A stretch of 63,981 nucleotides of DNA, counting the filler, from Blastocystis sp. subtype 4 (lineage: Eukaryota), in assembly GCF_000743755.1 (NCBI RefSeq). It is 12 parts of 12 records of this genome, joined end to end, with 100 filler letters (N's around TTAATTAATTAA, not from the genome) between each part and the next. Parts side by side here need not be neighbours in the genome. Positions count along the whole stretch, not along the records: positions 11,020 to 16,409 come from NW_014569079.1; positions 16,510 to 21,870 come from NW_014569078.1; positions 21,971 to 27,296 come from NW_014569077.1; 9 more parts are not named here. The stretch is one strand, 5' to 3'. Position 1 is the stretch's first letter; every line of letters starts with the position of its first letter. Below are positions 13,579-27,396 of the stretch, piece by piece. Position numbers and translations under genes: made by a program. Under the pieces are notes generated by a model. The model made no database searches. It was not told where the DNA came from and saw only the letters and a list, made by a program, of their open reading frames with translations.

Positions 13579-16052
13579 ATGATCAAGTCGTCCACTTTGG
13601 CAACTACCTCTGTTGTTGCTCTCGCTACGATTCTAATAGTTTACACTGGTCTATTCCAGTTTTTCGGTCTGATGTGTAGTAATTCCTCGTTCTCTTAGTC
13701 CGAAGCCTCTGGATGCAGAGGATGTTCCAACATTCGAGGTTAAACGTGTCTATCCAGTCATTACAAGTGTGGATGTTTCTGTGAGCCTTAGCATGGATGG
13801 TGAGGTATCTTGCAAAGCTCTGGCTTCTACTGATCCTATTCCCACAGCTGATGATTTTAAAGAATTCTTTATGGTGTCTGCTAATGTTATTACGTATCAG
13901 TCCATCACGAATCTAGAACCAACTACAGAGTACAAAGTTTATTGTTACGCAAAGAGTAAATATGGAATTCCTTCACAGACAAGTATTGAGGCCACTGCCA
14001 ATACGATTACTACTTTTGCCCAGGAAGATGGCCCTGTGATTGTTATTGGTAATACTGCAATGGACCGAACCTCTGGATCCGTTTCTATAGTTGCATCACA
14101 TCCAGGCAAGTTGTGGTGTATTGCAACACCAGATTCCAGTAGCCGTACTCGTTTAGAAGTTAAGGAGAATTCTGAGGCTGTTGATCTTGCTTCCTACTCG
14201 GAGACTGTTTATAGTTTCTCGGGTCTCAAGGCAGGAACTGCTTATTCAATTTACTGCACCGCTGAAAGCCATGAAGGTGTTCCAATGATTTCAGATGTAA
14301 ACAGAGTTCACAAGGATGTTGTAACAGTGGAACCCAAGGAAGCATGGTATATTACAGCACTTCGTCTACTGGTAACTGCCTTCCTAGTAATGATGTCAGG
14401 TCTTTTTAGTGGTTTGAATCTGGGTCTAATGGGTCTGGATTTGATTTCACTTCGAATGATTTCAGAGACGAATGTTGAGGAAATTGCTGGAGAAAGTGTG
14501 GATGCAGAAGAACTGAAAGCAATTCAGCGTCAGAAGGAGTGTGCAACAAAGATTTATCCCATTCGTCAGAAGGGTAACTTGCTGTTGTGTACCTTGCTGA
14601 TTGGTAATGTCATGGTCAATACATTGATTTCCATTATCACTGCTGATATGACCTCTGGTACTGTAGGCTTCATTATCTCGACTTGTTTGATTACTGCATT
14701 TGGTGAAGTTATTCCTCAAGCCTATGGTTCTCGTCATGGTCTTGAATTTGGAGCTAAAACGACTTCAATAGTGAAGGTTATTATGGCAATTCTGTATATC
14801 ATTTGTAAGCCTGTATCGATGATTCTAGACTATGCTCTTGGTGATGAATTGGGTAACGTTTATAACCGTTATCAGTTATACACTATGTTTGAATTGTACA
14901 AGGAACACTCTGATTTTAAGAAGGATACTATTAGTACTATGCAAGGTGCTCTTGTTATGGATACAAAGACTGTTAATGAGTATTATCATAACTTAGAAGA
15001 TGTCTATATGCTTCCTGATACAACAGTTCTTGACAATAACATGTGCTTAGAAATATTTAAGAAGGGATATAGTCGTATCCCTGTGTATCATGATGATCTT
15101 CAGAATGTTGTTGGTATTTTACATGTGAAAGAGCTTATTATGATTGATCCTAATCAGAGTATGGGTATTGAAGCTATCCTGAAGTTATTCCCAAGTACTG
15201 TATTAGTGATTGATAGCAAGCGTACTGTTGCTGATAGTATCAAAGATATGGTGAATTCGCATACGGAGTTGGCTTTTGTATCGAAGACTGTGGATCATAA
15301 GGGTGGTGATAAGACCATTGATCTCGTTGGTATTGTGACACTGGAAGATATGATTCGTGCTGTTATGCGATTGGATTTGGTGGATGAGACACCTGTGATT
15401 GAATCGAAGGAAGTTACAGAGGCTGTACAGAATGTGTTTGGTCATGTCTTGTTGAATCATCTTGATTCAACGACTACTGATATTATCACGTACTTCATCA
15501 ACCAGTCCTTAACCAAACAACAGTTGTATCTACCTAATGATGTGATTCTGAATCTCATTCATAAGGGTTCAATCGAACATATCACAACAAATAGTCCTCC
15601 TGTATATGAGATTGGTCAGCCTTGTGACTATGCTGTTGTCATTATGCAGGGAGTCTTTACGGTGGTGATTGGTCAGGATCGTATGATGACTGAGAAGCCC
15701 GTTTTCTCAGTCATCAACTTGTCAGCTCTTCTTTCTGAGAATTATGTGTATGTCATTGAGGTGCATTGTGATGTATAGTTCACCTGTATCTTTATCACTG
15801 CATGAGAAGCCTATTATTGATGTTCTAACGAACAAGGTAATCGGATTCAATACCGAGGGTTTCATTTTGAAGATTTCTAGACAGTAAGTATGAAGGATGG
15901 AATTGATGTTTAGGGCAGCAGAAGAATTGAATTTAAAGAGTCGTTTGATCCCACTGGGTGAGAAACGCGTGTTTGATGGAACTTATGTGGGTGCATCTGA
16001 ACATAGTGTCATGTTGCCTATGGAGATTGACACTAATTCGAAAACCGAATAG
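13579..16052 (+). CDS. CNNM/CorB-family (DUF21 + CBS pair) metal transporter with N-terminal extracellular repeats
   Basis: SGLFSGLNLGLMGLD, NLLLCTLLIGNV, FGEVIPQA, GYSRIPVY, GIVTLEDMI motifs and an N-terminal hydrophobic leader. Confidence 0.9.
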
Positions 16053-16640
16053 AAATGAATTGCAGTTGTTTGTTTGTTTGGAATACAGGAGGGGTACATT
16101 AGATATTGAGTAGAATTCTGAAGTGTTTTGTATTTACCCCCTGGGTCAATTTCTTGACTTGTTCTCTTAGTGATCACCTTTTCTACGAGAAACAACGATG
16201 GCTGATATTCAGGAGCAAGTAAGTTTGAGTCGATATGGATGATTAGTTTGGTGAACAGTGCGTTTTGGAGATGTTCGCTCCATGTTGACAATTCGAGCAC
16301 AGTTTTAATATTTTGTAGAACCAAGCTGCCTTCCAGAAGCAGGAAATGTTCTCTTACCGCAAGGTCCATCTCCTTGGTAAGAAGGCCAACCAGCGTTGGT
16401 ACGCTGATANNNNNNNNNNNNNNNNNNNNNNNNNNNNNNNNNNNNNNNNNNNNTTAATTAATTAANNNNNNNNNNNNNNNNNNNNNNNNNNNNNNNNNNN
16501 NNNNNNNNNATATGTGTAGGGATGCACTCAACTGGCAAACCAAACATCCATATGGATTTGAACAACAGTAATTACAGATACAATCAGATATACACACAAT
16601 AATAACAATAACAACATCGTGTTTGTTAACAATCATATAT

Positions 16641-16664
16641 GTCGATTGTTCTAGAACAATCGAC
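16641..16664. promoter_or_regulatory. Perfect 24-bp palindrome, candidate heat-shock element
   Basis: GTCGATTGTTCTAGAACAATCGAC equals its own reverse complement. It has a TTCnnGAA core and lies ~40 nt upstream of the DnaJ ATG. Confidence 0.55.
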
Positions 16665-16705
16665 TAAGTCATTCGTCTTTCAATTTGTTTTTGTTACCGG
16701 TGAAT

Positions 16706-18079
16706 ATGTGGAGTCGAGTTCCACAAGCAAATTCTGGTGCTAATTCAAATTCACCCTCTGTTAACGAAGTTGATGAATCGGACTATTATGCCATCCTTGG
16801 AGTTGCTAGAAATGCCTCACAAGAGGAAATTAAAAAATCTTATAAGCGTTTGGCACTAAAGCATCATCCTGATCGAGGTGGTAATGCTGAGATTGTAGTT
16901 TTGATATTTGGTTCTCATAATTAGTTTAAGAAGGTGAGCATGGCGTATAGTGTACTTTCAGATCCAGAAAAGAAGAGAGTATATGATGAATATGGTGAAG
17001 AAGGTATTAAGGGCGGTGTGAGTGAGGAGGAATATGAGTCATTTAATCCATTTGATCTTTTTGGTTCATTCTTTGGTGATGACATGAGTGATATGTTTGG
17101 TTTTTCTGGTTTCTCCGAGCGGCCCTCTGGGTATGGAAAGAAGAATCGCAAGTCCTATCGTCCTGAACCTGTGGAAATTGAACTTGATTGCGAATTAGCC
17201 GAATTGTATAAAGGCGGTGAGAAGTCTGTTAGGATTCCACATCAAATTATCTGCAAAGAGTGTAGAGGAATTGGTTCCAAAGAAGCTCCAGTTAAATGTA
17301 AGAAGTGTAAAGGTTCTGGACAGGTATGTATCCGAGAGCGAATGGGTCCTGTGCTTCGTCAGTCATTGAGTGTCTGCTCCGCTTGTAATGGTTCTGGTAC
17401 GTTCATTCCCCCCAAGAATCGTTGTAAGGCGTGTGGTGGGAAAGGTGTTATCAGAGAAAGCAAATCATATTCAGTCACAATTCCGAAAGGAGCATCAAGT
17501 GGACAGACGATTGTATTGAAAGGTGCTGGTAACGAAGAGAAGGGAACAAGAGCCGGAGATGTAATTCTGGTGATCATGGAGAAAACAAATACGTTATTCA
17601 AACGATCAGGGAATCATTTATTATACAAAATGGAATTATCACTTTCTGAAGCGTTATGTGGTTTTTCGAAAGTGATTACTCTATTGGATGATAGGAAGAT
17701 CTTAATATCTGTTCCTCGAGGGACTGTGACGAAACCATCATATAAGGTGGTGAAAGGAGAAGGAATGCCTTCTTTAGATGGAAATGGGGAAAGTGGTGAC
17801 TTGATTATTCATTTCAGTGTCTCATTCCCTGAGTCTTTGAGCATCGAAGAAGCTGGTTCTATTGCTTCTATTCTCCAGTCTCACTATCCTATCGAGGAAA
17901 CGCGTATTGGTGATGAAGTGGTGGAAGAAGTGAAGCTGGAGCCAGTGGACGCTACTAACTATCGTCCTAGGAAGGTGAATGAAGACCATTCATCGATTCA
18001 TGTATCAGTACTAGGTGTGTATTATGATTAGGAAAGTGAAACTGAAGGAGAGTCGAGAGATGATTGTGCCATATATTAG
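16706..18079 (+). CDS. Type I DnaJ/Hsp40 chaperone (DNAJA-like)
   Basis: J domain with HPD, G/F region, four CxxCxGxG motifs, C-terminal domain and CAAX-like end CAIY*. Two 30-nt introns. Confidence 0.92.
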
Positions 18080-18143
18080 TATTTTAGGTATCGATTAATC
18101 TTACATATGTTTGTTGTAGTAATCATTGGTAACTTCTAGTAGT

Positions 18144-19775
18144 ATGCAATATCATGACATCTGTCTTTGGAGACGGCGTACAGATGTATGGTATTGCACA
18201 AAGAAGGATATTGATGAACTGAAGAAAGATGGTAAGTTGGAAAAGGAATTAATAGTGGATATTCACTCAAATGAGTCTATCTTAGAGAAATTCTTGAACG
18301 AAATGAAGAATGTTGTGACATGGAGGTTGTGATGATCAATATAGGGAATAACGCATCGAACATTATATGAACTCATGAATGATTACCGTTATGTATTATT
18401 TGTTCTCTCCTTTGAAGTTGTAGTTACCTTCTGTTATTTACAATCTAGTATCCATAGCAGAGTATCTAAATTCATATTGTTTGAAAGCCGTTGTTGATTT
18501 GTGTTGAAGTGGTTGTGCTCACTCATTGTCATAGTGAATGCCTATTTTATGTCCTTGTTACATTTTAACAGTCACGAAAATACACTAAGTTCATTGGAAT
18601 CAAGTTTTGTTGATACTGCCATTCAGTGGTGTGTTGATCTTCTTTCATCACTTACTTCGCATAGTTCATTATTCTTATATGAACTGGAACCATGTTGTCT
18701 TTTCGGGTCACAAGGAACTTCTGAGTGTATGTATGAGGTGTTGAAGAATGTTCTAAGAGATACGAAAGAAACATTATTCGATGGCTGTGTGAATAAGCAG
18801 CAAGGCGAAATAAGAGATGACATGATATCTGCCATTAATAATCTCACTTCTCTACAACTGTCAAAGACTCTCTCCTTCATTCAGTGGCATGATAAAGTAG
18901 TCCACTCTATCCTATCATTAAACAATGATTCTCTGATAGTTTTGTTGGCAATGTTGGAAGAGTAAGTTGGATTCAACTATTCTTATGTAGACTCATTCTG
19001 AACCACTTCTGTCAAGAGATATCACTTTCATATCAGATGATTCGATTTGAACTTTTGATCCACTGTAATTCACTATGTCTGGAATCTTGGTACTCTATCA
19101 TTCCATCATCGCTTATTCACTTGCTCTCCAGTAACTGTCTAACAGTTACTATCATTCTTGCTATTTGTCACGAAGTTGATTCTATTCTATCTCATCTGTC
19201 AGTGAATGGGAGTTTAATATCTGCTAATGCACTGCAGCAATTCAGACAGGTTTGATTGCATCATTGTAGTCATTGTTAGCTATTTCTGTTTTTATCAAGA
19301 CAACCTTCTTTAGAATTACTCCTCCTACAAATGATCCTTACAGATGGATCGTTGAATCTGTCCGTTATGAGAACTCTGATTTGCATATGGGGTATTTCAT
19401 GGGAGTATATACCAAGTCTACAAACATCCTTATTGTGGATTCGCGATACTGTTTCTAAGGAGAATGGTGGAGAGATTGTAAGTGCTGCACTATTGGATCC
19501 AAAGAACAGCGTTTCATTACCTGCTCATATACGAATGAATTTACTAATTCTGCTATCGATCACCAATCATATAAAACTACCCACTGTATTGTCACAATCT
19601 TTTTCTACTTGTAACCTATTTCTTGCCTATCAGCAGTTGTTATTTGGTAAAGAGCGATTCATCATATGTGTAATCCAAATCTAAGATATCTGATTTCTAG
19701 GCCAACATTGATGAGAAAGACTATGATAGAGTAGTGCAAACTATCAACAATCAGTTGTCGGAGAATAATTCTTGA
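18144..19775 (+). CDS. Hypothetical multi-exon protein
   Basis: Chain of same-strand ORF pieces separated by ~30-nt GT-AG introns. Ends NQLSENNS* with TGTTTGTT at 19782. Confidence 0.5.
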
Positions 19776-19904
19776 AATCCATGTTTGTTTCAAAACCGCG
19801 GTTCTTCCGTTTTGGTGGTAACCATATTCGTTGGTTCACAACGGAAATATTGTCGTCTATTTAACACTTCCGTACTACTTGGTGTTACTGGAGACAAAGA
19901 ACAA

Positions 19905-20466
19905 ATGAAGGACTCTGATTTCGAACATGTGTATGACAGTGACTGGGATCGTGTGACTTCTTGTTTCTGGAGGAAGTACTGTATATGTTGCTTGATTTCT
20001 CTAATTCATAGGGCATCCTAAATGCTCTCATTCAAGAGCCTTTGTTATCAGCCGTTTTATCGATTCGGAAGGACGTCTAGTCACAAAACGACTTCATGCT
20101 GTATATCAGGAGGTTCCATATTTCATCCGTTGCATTATTGGTAACGTTGTCTCATATGCTGGAGAAGAGTCCATTGTTGATCCTAAAACGAAGTCATTGA
20201 CCCTAAGGACAAAGAATCTAAGCATGAGCTGTGTTGCTTTGTGCGATGAACTCTGTGTATATACTCCCTTAGCTGGTGATTCACGGAAGACGATGTACCG
20301 AAAGAGCATTCATGTTCAAGGATGGTTATATGGTCTTGCCAACAGCAAGGTGGAAGACTGGTGTGTGGATGTGGATAAGAAGAATCGGGGTAATGGAATT
20401 AATGTCATGGATGAAATTATCCAGGGGTTTACACAGTTTGTGTTACCAACGAACAATCATGTGTAA
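19905..20466 (+). CDS. PRELI/MSF1 (Ups/Slowmo) lipid-transfer domain protein
   Basis: MKDSDFEHVYDSDWDRVTSCFWRKYW...GRLVTKRL...EESIVDPKTKSLTLRTKNLS. One 31-nt intron at 19981-20011. Confidence 0.85.
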
Positions 20467-20493
20467 TCTACATTTGTTTGTTTGACCACTTAT

Positions 20494-21739
20494 TTACAGT
20501 TTGCGCATTACCATATTGAGTAGGGGTTGTTGACAATACTTCATCTTATCAAGAGGCTGTAGCCGAGAAGTGGGAAGAACATCTTTGAGAAAAGGATGGT
20601 TTAGAATCTATATCATAAGAATTGATTAGTTATACCATCTGAGTTGTTGGCCGCATTGATGGATTCATGTCCAGAAGACGATCACACAAATCAAGCAGAC
20701 TCGTTTTATCCCTACAGAATGAATCAAAGAAACATAAAGTACGATTCCGAAGTGAAATTAACGCAAACACAATCGGTGAATAGTTCCTTTATACATCGCA
20801 TTCCTGGTTGAGGAATAGAGTAATTGTTTCTATGTGGCATCCACTCAATAATTCATACGCCTTTAGGTAGCTTCGCACATTAGCTGGAATCACTCCGCAT
20901 TTGGACAGGATATCAGTCATTAGGTCTCTCTGTATTAATGATAAACAGTGACCTCACATCATTATTTCCAACAAAAGGAGTCCTCCCCAGAAGCAACGAA
21001 GATATCAAAACACCTAAAGCCCAAATGTCAGATGCAGTAGTGTAAGGCTGAATATCAAGAAGAATCTCTGGAGAACGATAGGCGACTGCATACACTGGAT
21101 GTGAAAGTCGATGAGTGGATGGAAACACTTGCCTTGACAAACCAAAATCACACAACTTGATTTCATGTGTATTGGTGACAAGAAAATTATCAAGTTTAAT
21201 GTCCCGATGAATAATACTGTTTCCATGGAGGAAATCCAACACCTGAACGATTTGATATATGTATGATTTCAATACTTCTGAGGAAAGACTAGAATTGATT
21301 CAAGCCAAAAAAAATACCGAGGAAGAAAACCCTTGTTGATTGCTCGTACAATCCCTGCCAAATCATTGTCAACAAAATCAAAAACTAGATAGAACTGATT
21401 TGAAAGCTCTCTAGAACCCTTTTCCACTAATAATCAATTACTCTCTGCAAACGAACCATTTTCAACAACTACTTCTCTCAACTTCACAATTGCTGGATGC
21501 TTTAGTGCAGAAAACAATCGTATCTCCCTTGTTGATGACTTAGGAATACCAATATCAGTATAACAGATCTAATTGAGATAAGGAACACTCAATAGGTTGA
21601 CTTTCTTCAGAGCAACAACTTTACCGGTTGAAATATGAACTGCTTTGTATACTTCTCCATACGTTCCCTTTCCAACTATTCCTAGAATCGAATAAGCGTC
21701 CAAAGTATTGACAAAGCCATTCTTGGTATTCTCTAGCAT
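20494..21739 (-). CDS. Cyclin-dependent kinase-like protein (non-PSTAIRE)
   Basis: VGKGTYGEVYKA, VALKK, GIPKSSTREI, IHRDIKLDN, CDFGLSR, YRSPEILL. Confidence 0.85.
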
Positions 21740-21970
21740 CAACTACTTAATGTAAGAAACAAGGACCCAAATTGTAAACATATTATTGCTTAACTTCCTG
21801 AGTCATTCGTTCCTTTTCAATAAGATAAACAACTCTGTCTAGTCCTCCCATCACTTTCTTCACTTCTTCTNNNNNNNNNNNNNNNNNNNNNNNNNNNNNN
21901 NNNNNNNNNNNNNNTTAATTAATTAANNNNNNNNNNNNNNNNNNNNNNNNNNNNNNNNNNNNNNNNNNNN

Positions 21971-22065
21971 GTCTTGATCTTGATCTCAGTTGCCTTTTCA
22001 ATCGCTTCTTGCTTGATGAACTCACACATCTGCTCAATTCGTTTGTCTGTATCAGAAGCACTCAT
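21971..22065 (-). CDS. ATP6V1E: V-type H+-ATPase subunit E, 5' fragment
   Basis: MSASDTDKRIEQMCEFIKQEAIEKATEIKIK matches the subunit E N-terminus. Confidence 0.8.
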
Positions 22066-22225
22066 GATTTCGAGACGTTATAATCAAGTTTTGGTCTTTG
22101 ATGCCTAGAATCGTGGAAACAAACAGGGAAACTGAGTTTTCAACAAGCAATTCCTCTATATTACTAGCTTCAACTTTTATAAATGCAAAATTAGGTACTG
22201 TCTACCTAAAGACACGAAATATGTG

Positions 22226-23038
22226 CTAGACAATACAACAACTATTCTCCTTCGAGTAACGATATTCTAAAACATACTAGAGGTCAACCAACTAATACAT
22301 TCAAACATTTACTGCCATATCAAACACTTTCTTCAGATTCTCCTGTGTTTTCGCACTACACTGTACTGTCGCAAATGCACCAATTTCCTTTGCAACTTCT
22401 TGGGACTAGGATTAATCATATGTACTACTTCACACCTCTTTCATAGTAACAACCTTCTCCTTCTTCTCTGCTAGCCTTCTCAATACTGTGGGATTTGTGA
22501 TTAAATCTGTTTTGTTCCCGACAAGCATTACTGGTAGAGGGCGTGATTTGTCTTTCCAATAACTTTTCAGTTCATCATACCACTGTTTGTGACCATACAA
22601 TCTTCTGTCCTACTTTATATACATTATTAAACGATGAACGGCTAGTCATGAAACCGACTATAAATCATTACTCTACTGTTGAATAGCAGATAAGAAATAT
22701 ATCCGTTTCGAAATAAGATAACGGTCTCAGCTGTTCATAATCCTCTTGGCCTACAGTACTTACAAATAATCAGAATCTAGTACCTGCAGTATCCCACAAT
22801 TCAAACTTTTGGATCTCTCCTTTGATTTCCAGGTCCATTTGATAATTGTCAAATACTATGAATCTTTAGTATATCGCTTAGCATCCTACCTGTAGGAACA
22901 TAGTCTTCCGGAAATTTATCTTTACAATACGAAATCAATATACAGGTCTTTCCCACAGCACCATCTCTAGGGATCATGTTCAAATTATCTAGATCCTTAC
23001 CCTACAATGACACATTTGATGGGCTTCGAGTCTGCCAT
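22226..23038 (-). CDS. Rho/Rac-family small GTPase
   Basis: Spliced [54 protein letters not shown] and C-terminal CAAX CCIV*. Confidence 0.93.
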
Positions 23039-23210
23039 CCCGAATCTGCAGTCTTCTGTATTCCATTTGTGTATCAGTCTTATGAAACCGCGGGGATTAT
23101 TACAGAGTGTATTAAAGTGGATTTGGATAAAAACCAAACAGTGAAACTATCAAAATAAAGAAAGATAATCCCTCTTATACTCTATCTTGTCACCAAGCAA
23201 AAAGCAGCCA

Positions 23211-25135
23211 TCAGACTAGTCCATCACCATTAAGGTCAATACTTACAACATGATCAGTGTCGCTATGCATATTTCGGTATACGTATCGTTCAGTAAGATT
23301 ATCATACATCATACCAACTTTGTTCAACAGTTGATCTGCTGGTTTGATTTTCAACGGAAATGACAATGAGAACTTAGACGTACTGGACGATGACTGAGAA
23401 GTATGATCTCCCTCCTTTTCAGATTTCAGTACAATCTCTTCTTCTGAGCTCTCTTCATCCATTTCTGTTTGGTGAATCTCGCATACACTGTTGTCTTCAT
23501 GAGTGAGTGATGTACGCCAAGCATCATCATCACTCTCCTCTTCATACACATCAACAAATTCGTTGAATGATGGAATATGATCTGGATCGCTTCCCACAAG
23601 ACTCGAACGAATACTATGATAATACTCATGACCTTCCTCTCCCGCACTCTCGAACCCACTTACTCGCTTTAGACTCTGACTGAGTTTCTTCACATGCAGA
23701 GACAGCTGAGAAGAAGAATTCTCTAACGATAATCTAGAATCGCGTAAAGCTGTCTTGGAACCCTTGCACAGATCGCCAACAATCCCGTTCTGTTCCTCCA
23801 TTATACTCAATACCCGTTCATCCTGACTCTGACTAGTGTATTCCAGTTTGTGATGTTGTTGGTAGAGGAGAACAGAATGGACATTTGTTCGCAAACATAA
23901 CTCATACACACGACGAACTAGCAATGGAACATCCTCATTCTCCATCTGTTCTGCAATATTCTGAAAAGTTGCTTCCACTTCTTCCAAGTGATGCATTCGC
24001 ATCAACTGATCTCGATTCGTAAGCAGAAGAGCCACTGTTCCCATAGTCAGAGACCAGCTACCAAGCGAGAAAGCAAGATCAAGAAATTGAAAGGAGAAAG
24101 AAGCAATAAACGGATGTGTGAAGATATTTGCAATCCATTTAAAATATGGAGAAGAGAACACAATAAAGTCGCCTGTATTCTTCTCAATAACTTGATAGAA
24201 AAATGAATCTTCTTCTTTAAGAATATCAGCTACTGCACTATGCATAGAGTAAATACCTTCAATATCACTGCTATAGAATTTGGCAGGAAGAAACTCAGTA
24301 ATCTAGAATTGAAGAGAAAGCAATGAATCAACTCCAAGAAAAATATAGAATGCTTCTTCTTCTGTAAATAACTGTAAGAGGCGATAGACGATATTGTGCA
24401 TACCTTGGACATATCCCATTTCTTGATCATGAAGGTAGATAGATATCTAAATCATACTTCCTTCATTACAAATACAAGAACACTATATACTTTCTCATAC
24501 TCCTCATGAGAAATGTCCATTCGCTTCAAATCAGCTTCAATCACTCGCAGATTGCTATCAGGAATAGATGCTTGTTTATTATGAATTATCGAAAAGTAGC
24601 CATTCTCATAGCGATCGAATACTCCTAAACTCAAAGCCCAATAGAAACAACGAATTTCGTCAGGAATTGGGTACTGCAAGAGTCGAAGGACAGTTGGATG
24701 AACACGTTTCGGCACGTCATTTAGATTCTGACACTGACAAGGAATCAAATCTGATTTGTAGAATATCAGATCATACCATAGTGTCCTTCGAATGGCAGGG
24801 TTTTCAATGTCATTCTACACATGGCCATAGAAGAACATAAGTACGTTCAGAATATTCTGGATTTCATTTTCACTGAGTTCTTCCTGTTGATATGGATGGA
24901 GTTGTAAAATGCCTAAACATGAGTACTTCTCCATGAACGAACTCCTCGAAAGAATTGTATATCGTGTACTACTGCAAAGTGTTAAATCAGATGCATAGAT
25001 CAGGGACAACTGTTCATTCCCAGGAAATAAGACATAATATCGAATATCACCATTTGCATCATCTTCGGCAGATATGATCTTCCCTTCAATTTGCCGGGGA
25101 TCCTGAAGATGAAGAGTGATACACAAAACACACAT
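23211..25135 (-). CDS. TBC (Rab-GAP) domain protein (5' end approximate)
   Basis: IPDEIRCFYWALSLG...VIEADLKRM and SPYFKWIANIF...FLDLAF resemble TBC motifs. Confidence 0.65.
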
Positions 25136-25326
25136 GATTACAGTATACGTGATCCAATAATCTTAATCTCCGGTTCATTGAGATCAATTATTAAGAATTA
25201 GAAGTTTATGTTAGACAATTATTGTTTGGTAACAATGGAAGATATGTTTTGGTTCTCCTTAAAAGATAAGTGACGAAATCGGAGAAACAAAGGAGTGTTT
25301 ATCAAGCAACAAGACGCAAATGAAGA

Positions 25327-26716
25327 CTACTTGCGAAAAAGAGAATAGATATAGCTGTCATCCTCGTCTGTTTCGGAGGATGACTCATCCATCAAAGGAT
25401 GAGGTGAGGGAGATGGAGTGTATTTGCGACTACGAAGACTGCCAGAACCATATGTCCGAGAGAGAGTCCTTTCTTGTCTGTCGTTTAAAAAGGAAAACGA
25501 TAGATCCTCCAATGGATCCTCTCTCGATTGTCTGCCTTCACTAAATGTAACACGGGGTGATTTGGAGCTAATGGAGTATCGTCTGCCTGCTGCATACACC
25601 GAGGTACCGGTTGTGATAGGTTGTGGTTTTGTCGTTGGGACATCTTTTAGATATTGAAGAATGTCCTCTGCACTAGGTCGTTGATCAGGGGATTTCTAGT
25701 AAAGATACGCTTACAGTTCATACACTGAGCAATTGTTGTACTATAATACACATGGATTTGGGATAATTGGTTGGTAGTTGAGGTGTCTGTGTATAAATGG
25801 AAGGAAATGGAATTGTACAGGGGAGAAAATAATACTACTGAATAACCCTCCTATTGTTGAACTCTGGAAAGGCGGCTTTCGAGTCATAAGTTCATATAAT
25901 ACTAGTGTTCATATTCATCTTTTTCATTACTGCATCCAAGAGACCACATATCGATCTTGTTTGTATAGACTCGATTCTGACAAACTTCGGGAGCAATGTA
26001 GTAGGGCGTTCCAACTTGGGTCATTGCAAACATCTATCTATTATTCAATTCAAACACTTACATCTGTAGCCTCACGAGCAATTCCAAAGTCCGCAACCTT
26101 CACCCTCAGCTGTGTAATGGACTCAGGACTGTACGCTTTCTCCACTTCACTTTCAGTAAGAGGGACTGGAGTGGGAGTTGTGAGTAGAAGGTTCTCTGGC
26201 TTTAGATCACGATGAATGATATGTCTAGGTACAGAAATAAAGAATACAGTACTGGGAGTGGATATACGATAATACTTCAGCAATGGTCATCAACCATTTC
26301 TTCAATATGATGACAGGGATGGTCGTTTTGGTCTTTACAAGGTAATTCAAATACTATATCAGAACAACCACCTATGAATACAGAACGAAGAGAGCGAGCA
26401 TTAGCATACTCCATCACAATCACTCTATAGTCATCATGAATGAAGGATCCCAAGTATTGAATAATCGATGGATGAGACAAGGAGGACTGAATAGCTATCT
26501 ACTTCACAAATCAAACGAATCTTCACTTCTTCTTCCATTCGCTTCTTTGATTCTTCTGATAACTGGGATATTGTTACATGGAACTGCTTCAGAACTACAA
26601 ATCGATCTATGTTTACCAAAAACAAAAGAAAGAATACCTGATTTCGTATCCTTAGCGAGTTTTACAACAGATGTAGCTCCAGAACCGATGGTTGACAATA
26701 CAGCGTATCTATTCAT
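25327..26716 (-). CDS. NIMA-related (NEK-like) kinase
   Basis: [83 protein letters not shown]. Confidence 0.85.
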
Positions 26717-26977
26717 CGTTTGGATCTGTTACAATCTATACATTATTCTATCATATATTGTCAATACACGATGAATCTAGTGTCTTTTGTAAACCTTGTC
26801 AATCACACAATCAAATTATGGGGATCCCAATCGCACTTTCGATCGCTTCTTTGTCTTTGAATGATTGTATACGATAGATTTATCCTATATAGAACAAAAG
26901 ATCGCTCAGCAAAAATAGTCCTAAATATTGGAGTTACAGAATTTTGTATCTAGCATTATTCTTCTCTTTTGGTAGTA

Positions 26978-27296
26978 ATGCAGCGTTATGAGGAATTGAA
27001 CAAGGTTGGTGAAGGTAGATAAATCAGCAGATGGATCTGATGTATAGGAACGTATGGAGTTGTATTTCAGGCAAGAGATACGCGTACCGGTTATATAACT
27101 CTGTATTCATTTATGATTAGGTGAGATTGTTGCACTCAAGAAGATTCGCTTGAATTCTCGAGAAGAAGGAATCCCAAGTACAGCAATTCGTGAAATTGCC
27201 CTTCTGAAGGAATTACATCATCCAAATATTGTTCGGTTGATTTTGTTCGTTTCTGTAATATGCAGACTCTATGATGTGATTCATACTGAAAACTGT
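26978..27296 (+). CDS. CDK1: PSTAIRE cyclin-dependent kinase (Cdc2/CDK1-like), 5' fragment
   Basis: [18 protein letters not shown]...[35 protein letters not shown]. Confidence 0.85.
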
Positions 27297-27396
27297 NNNN
27301 NNNNNNNNNNNNNNNNNNNNNNNNNNNNNNNNNNNNNNNNTTAATTAATTAANNNNNNNNNNNNNNNNNNNNNNNNNNNNNNNNNNNNNNNNNNNN

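Noticed and set aside
15983..16409. 128-aa minus-strand ORF at contig end
   Set aside because: May be the 3' part of a real gene, but there is no motif support and it overlaps the CNNM 3' end.
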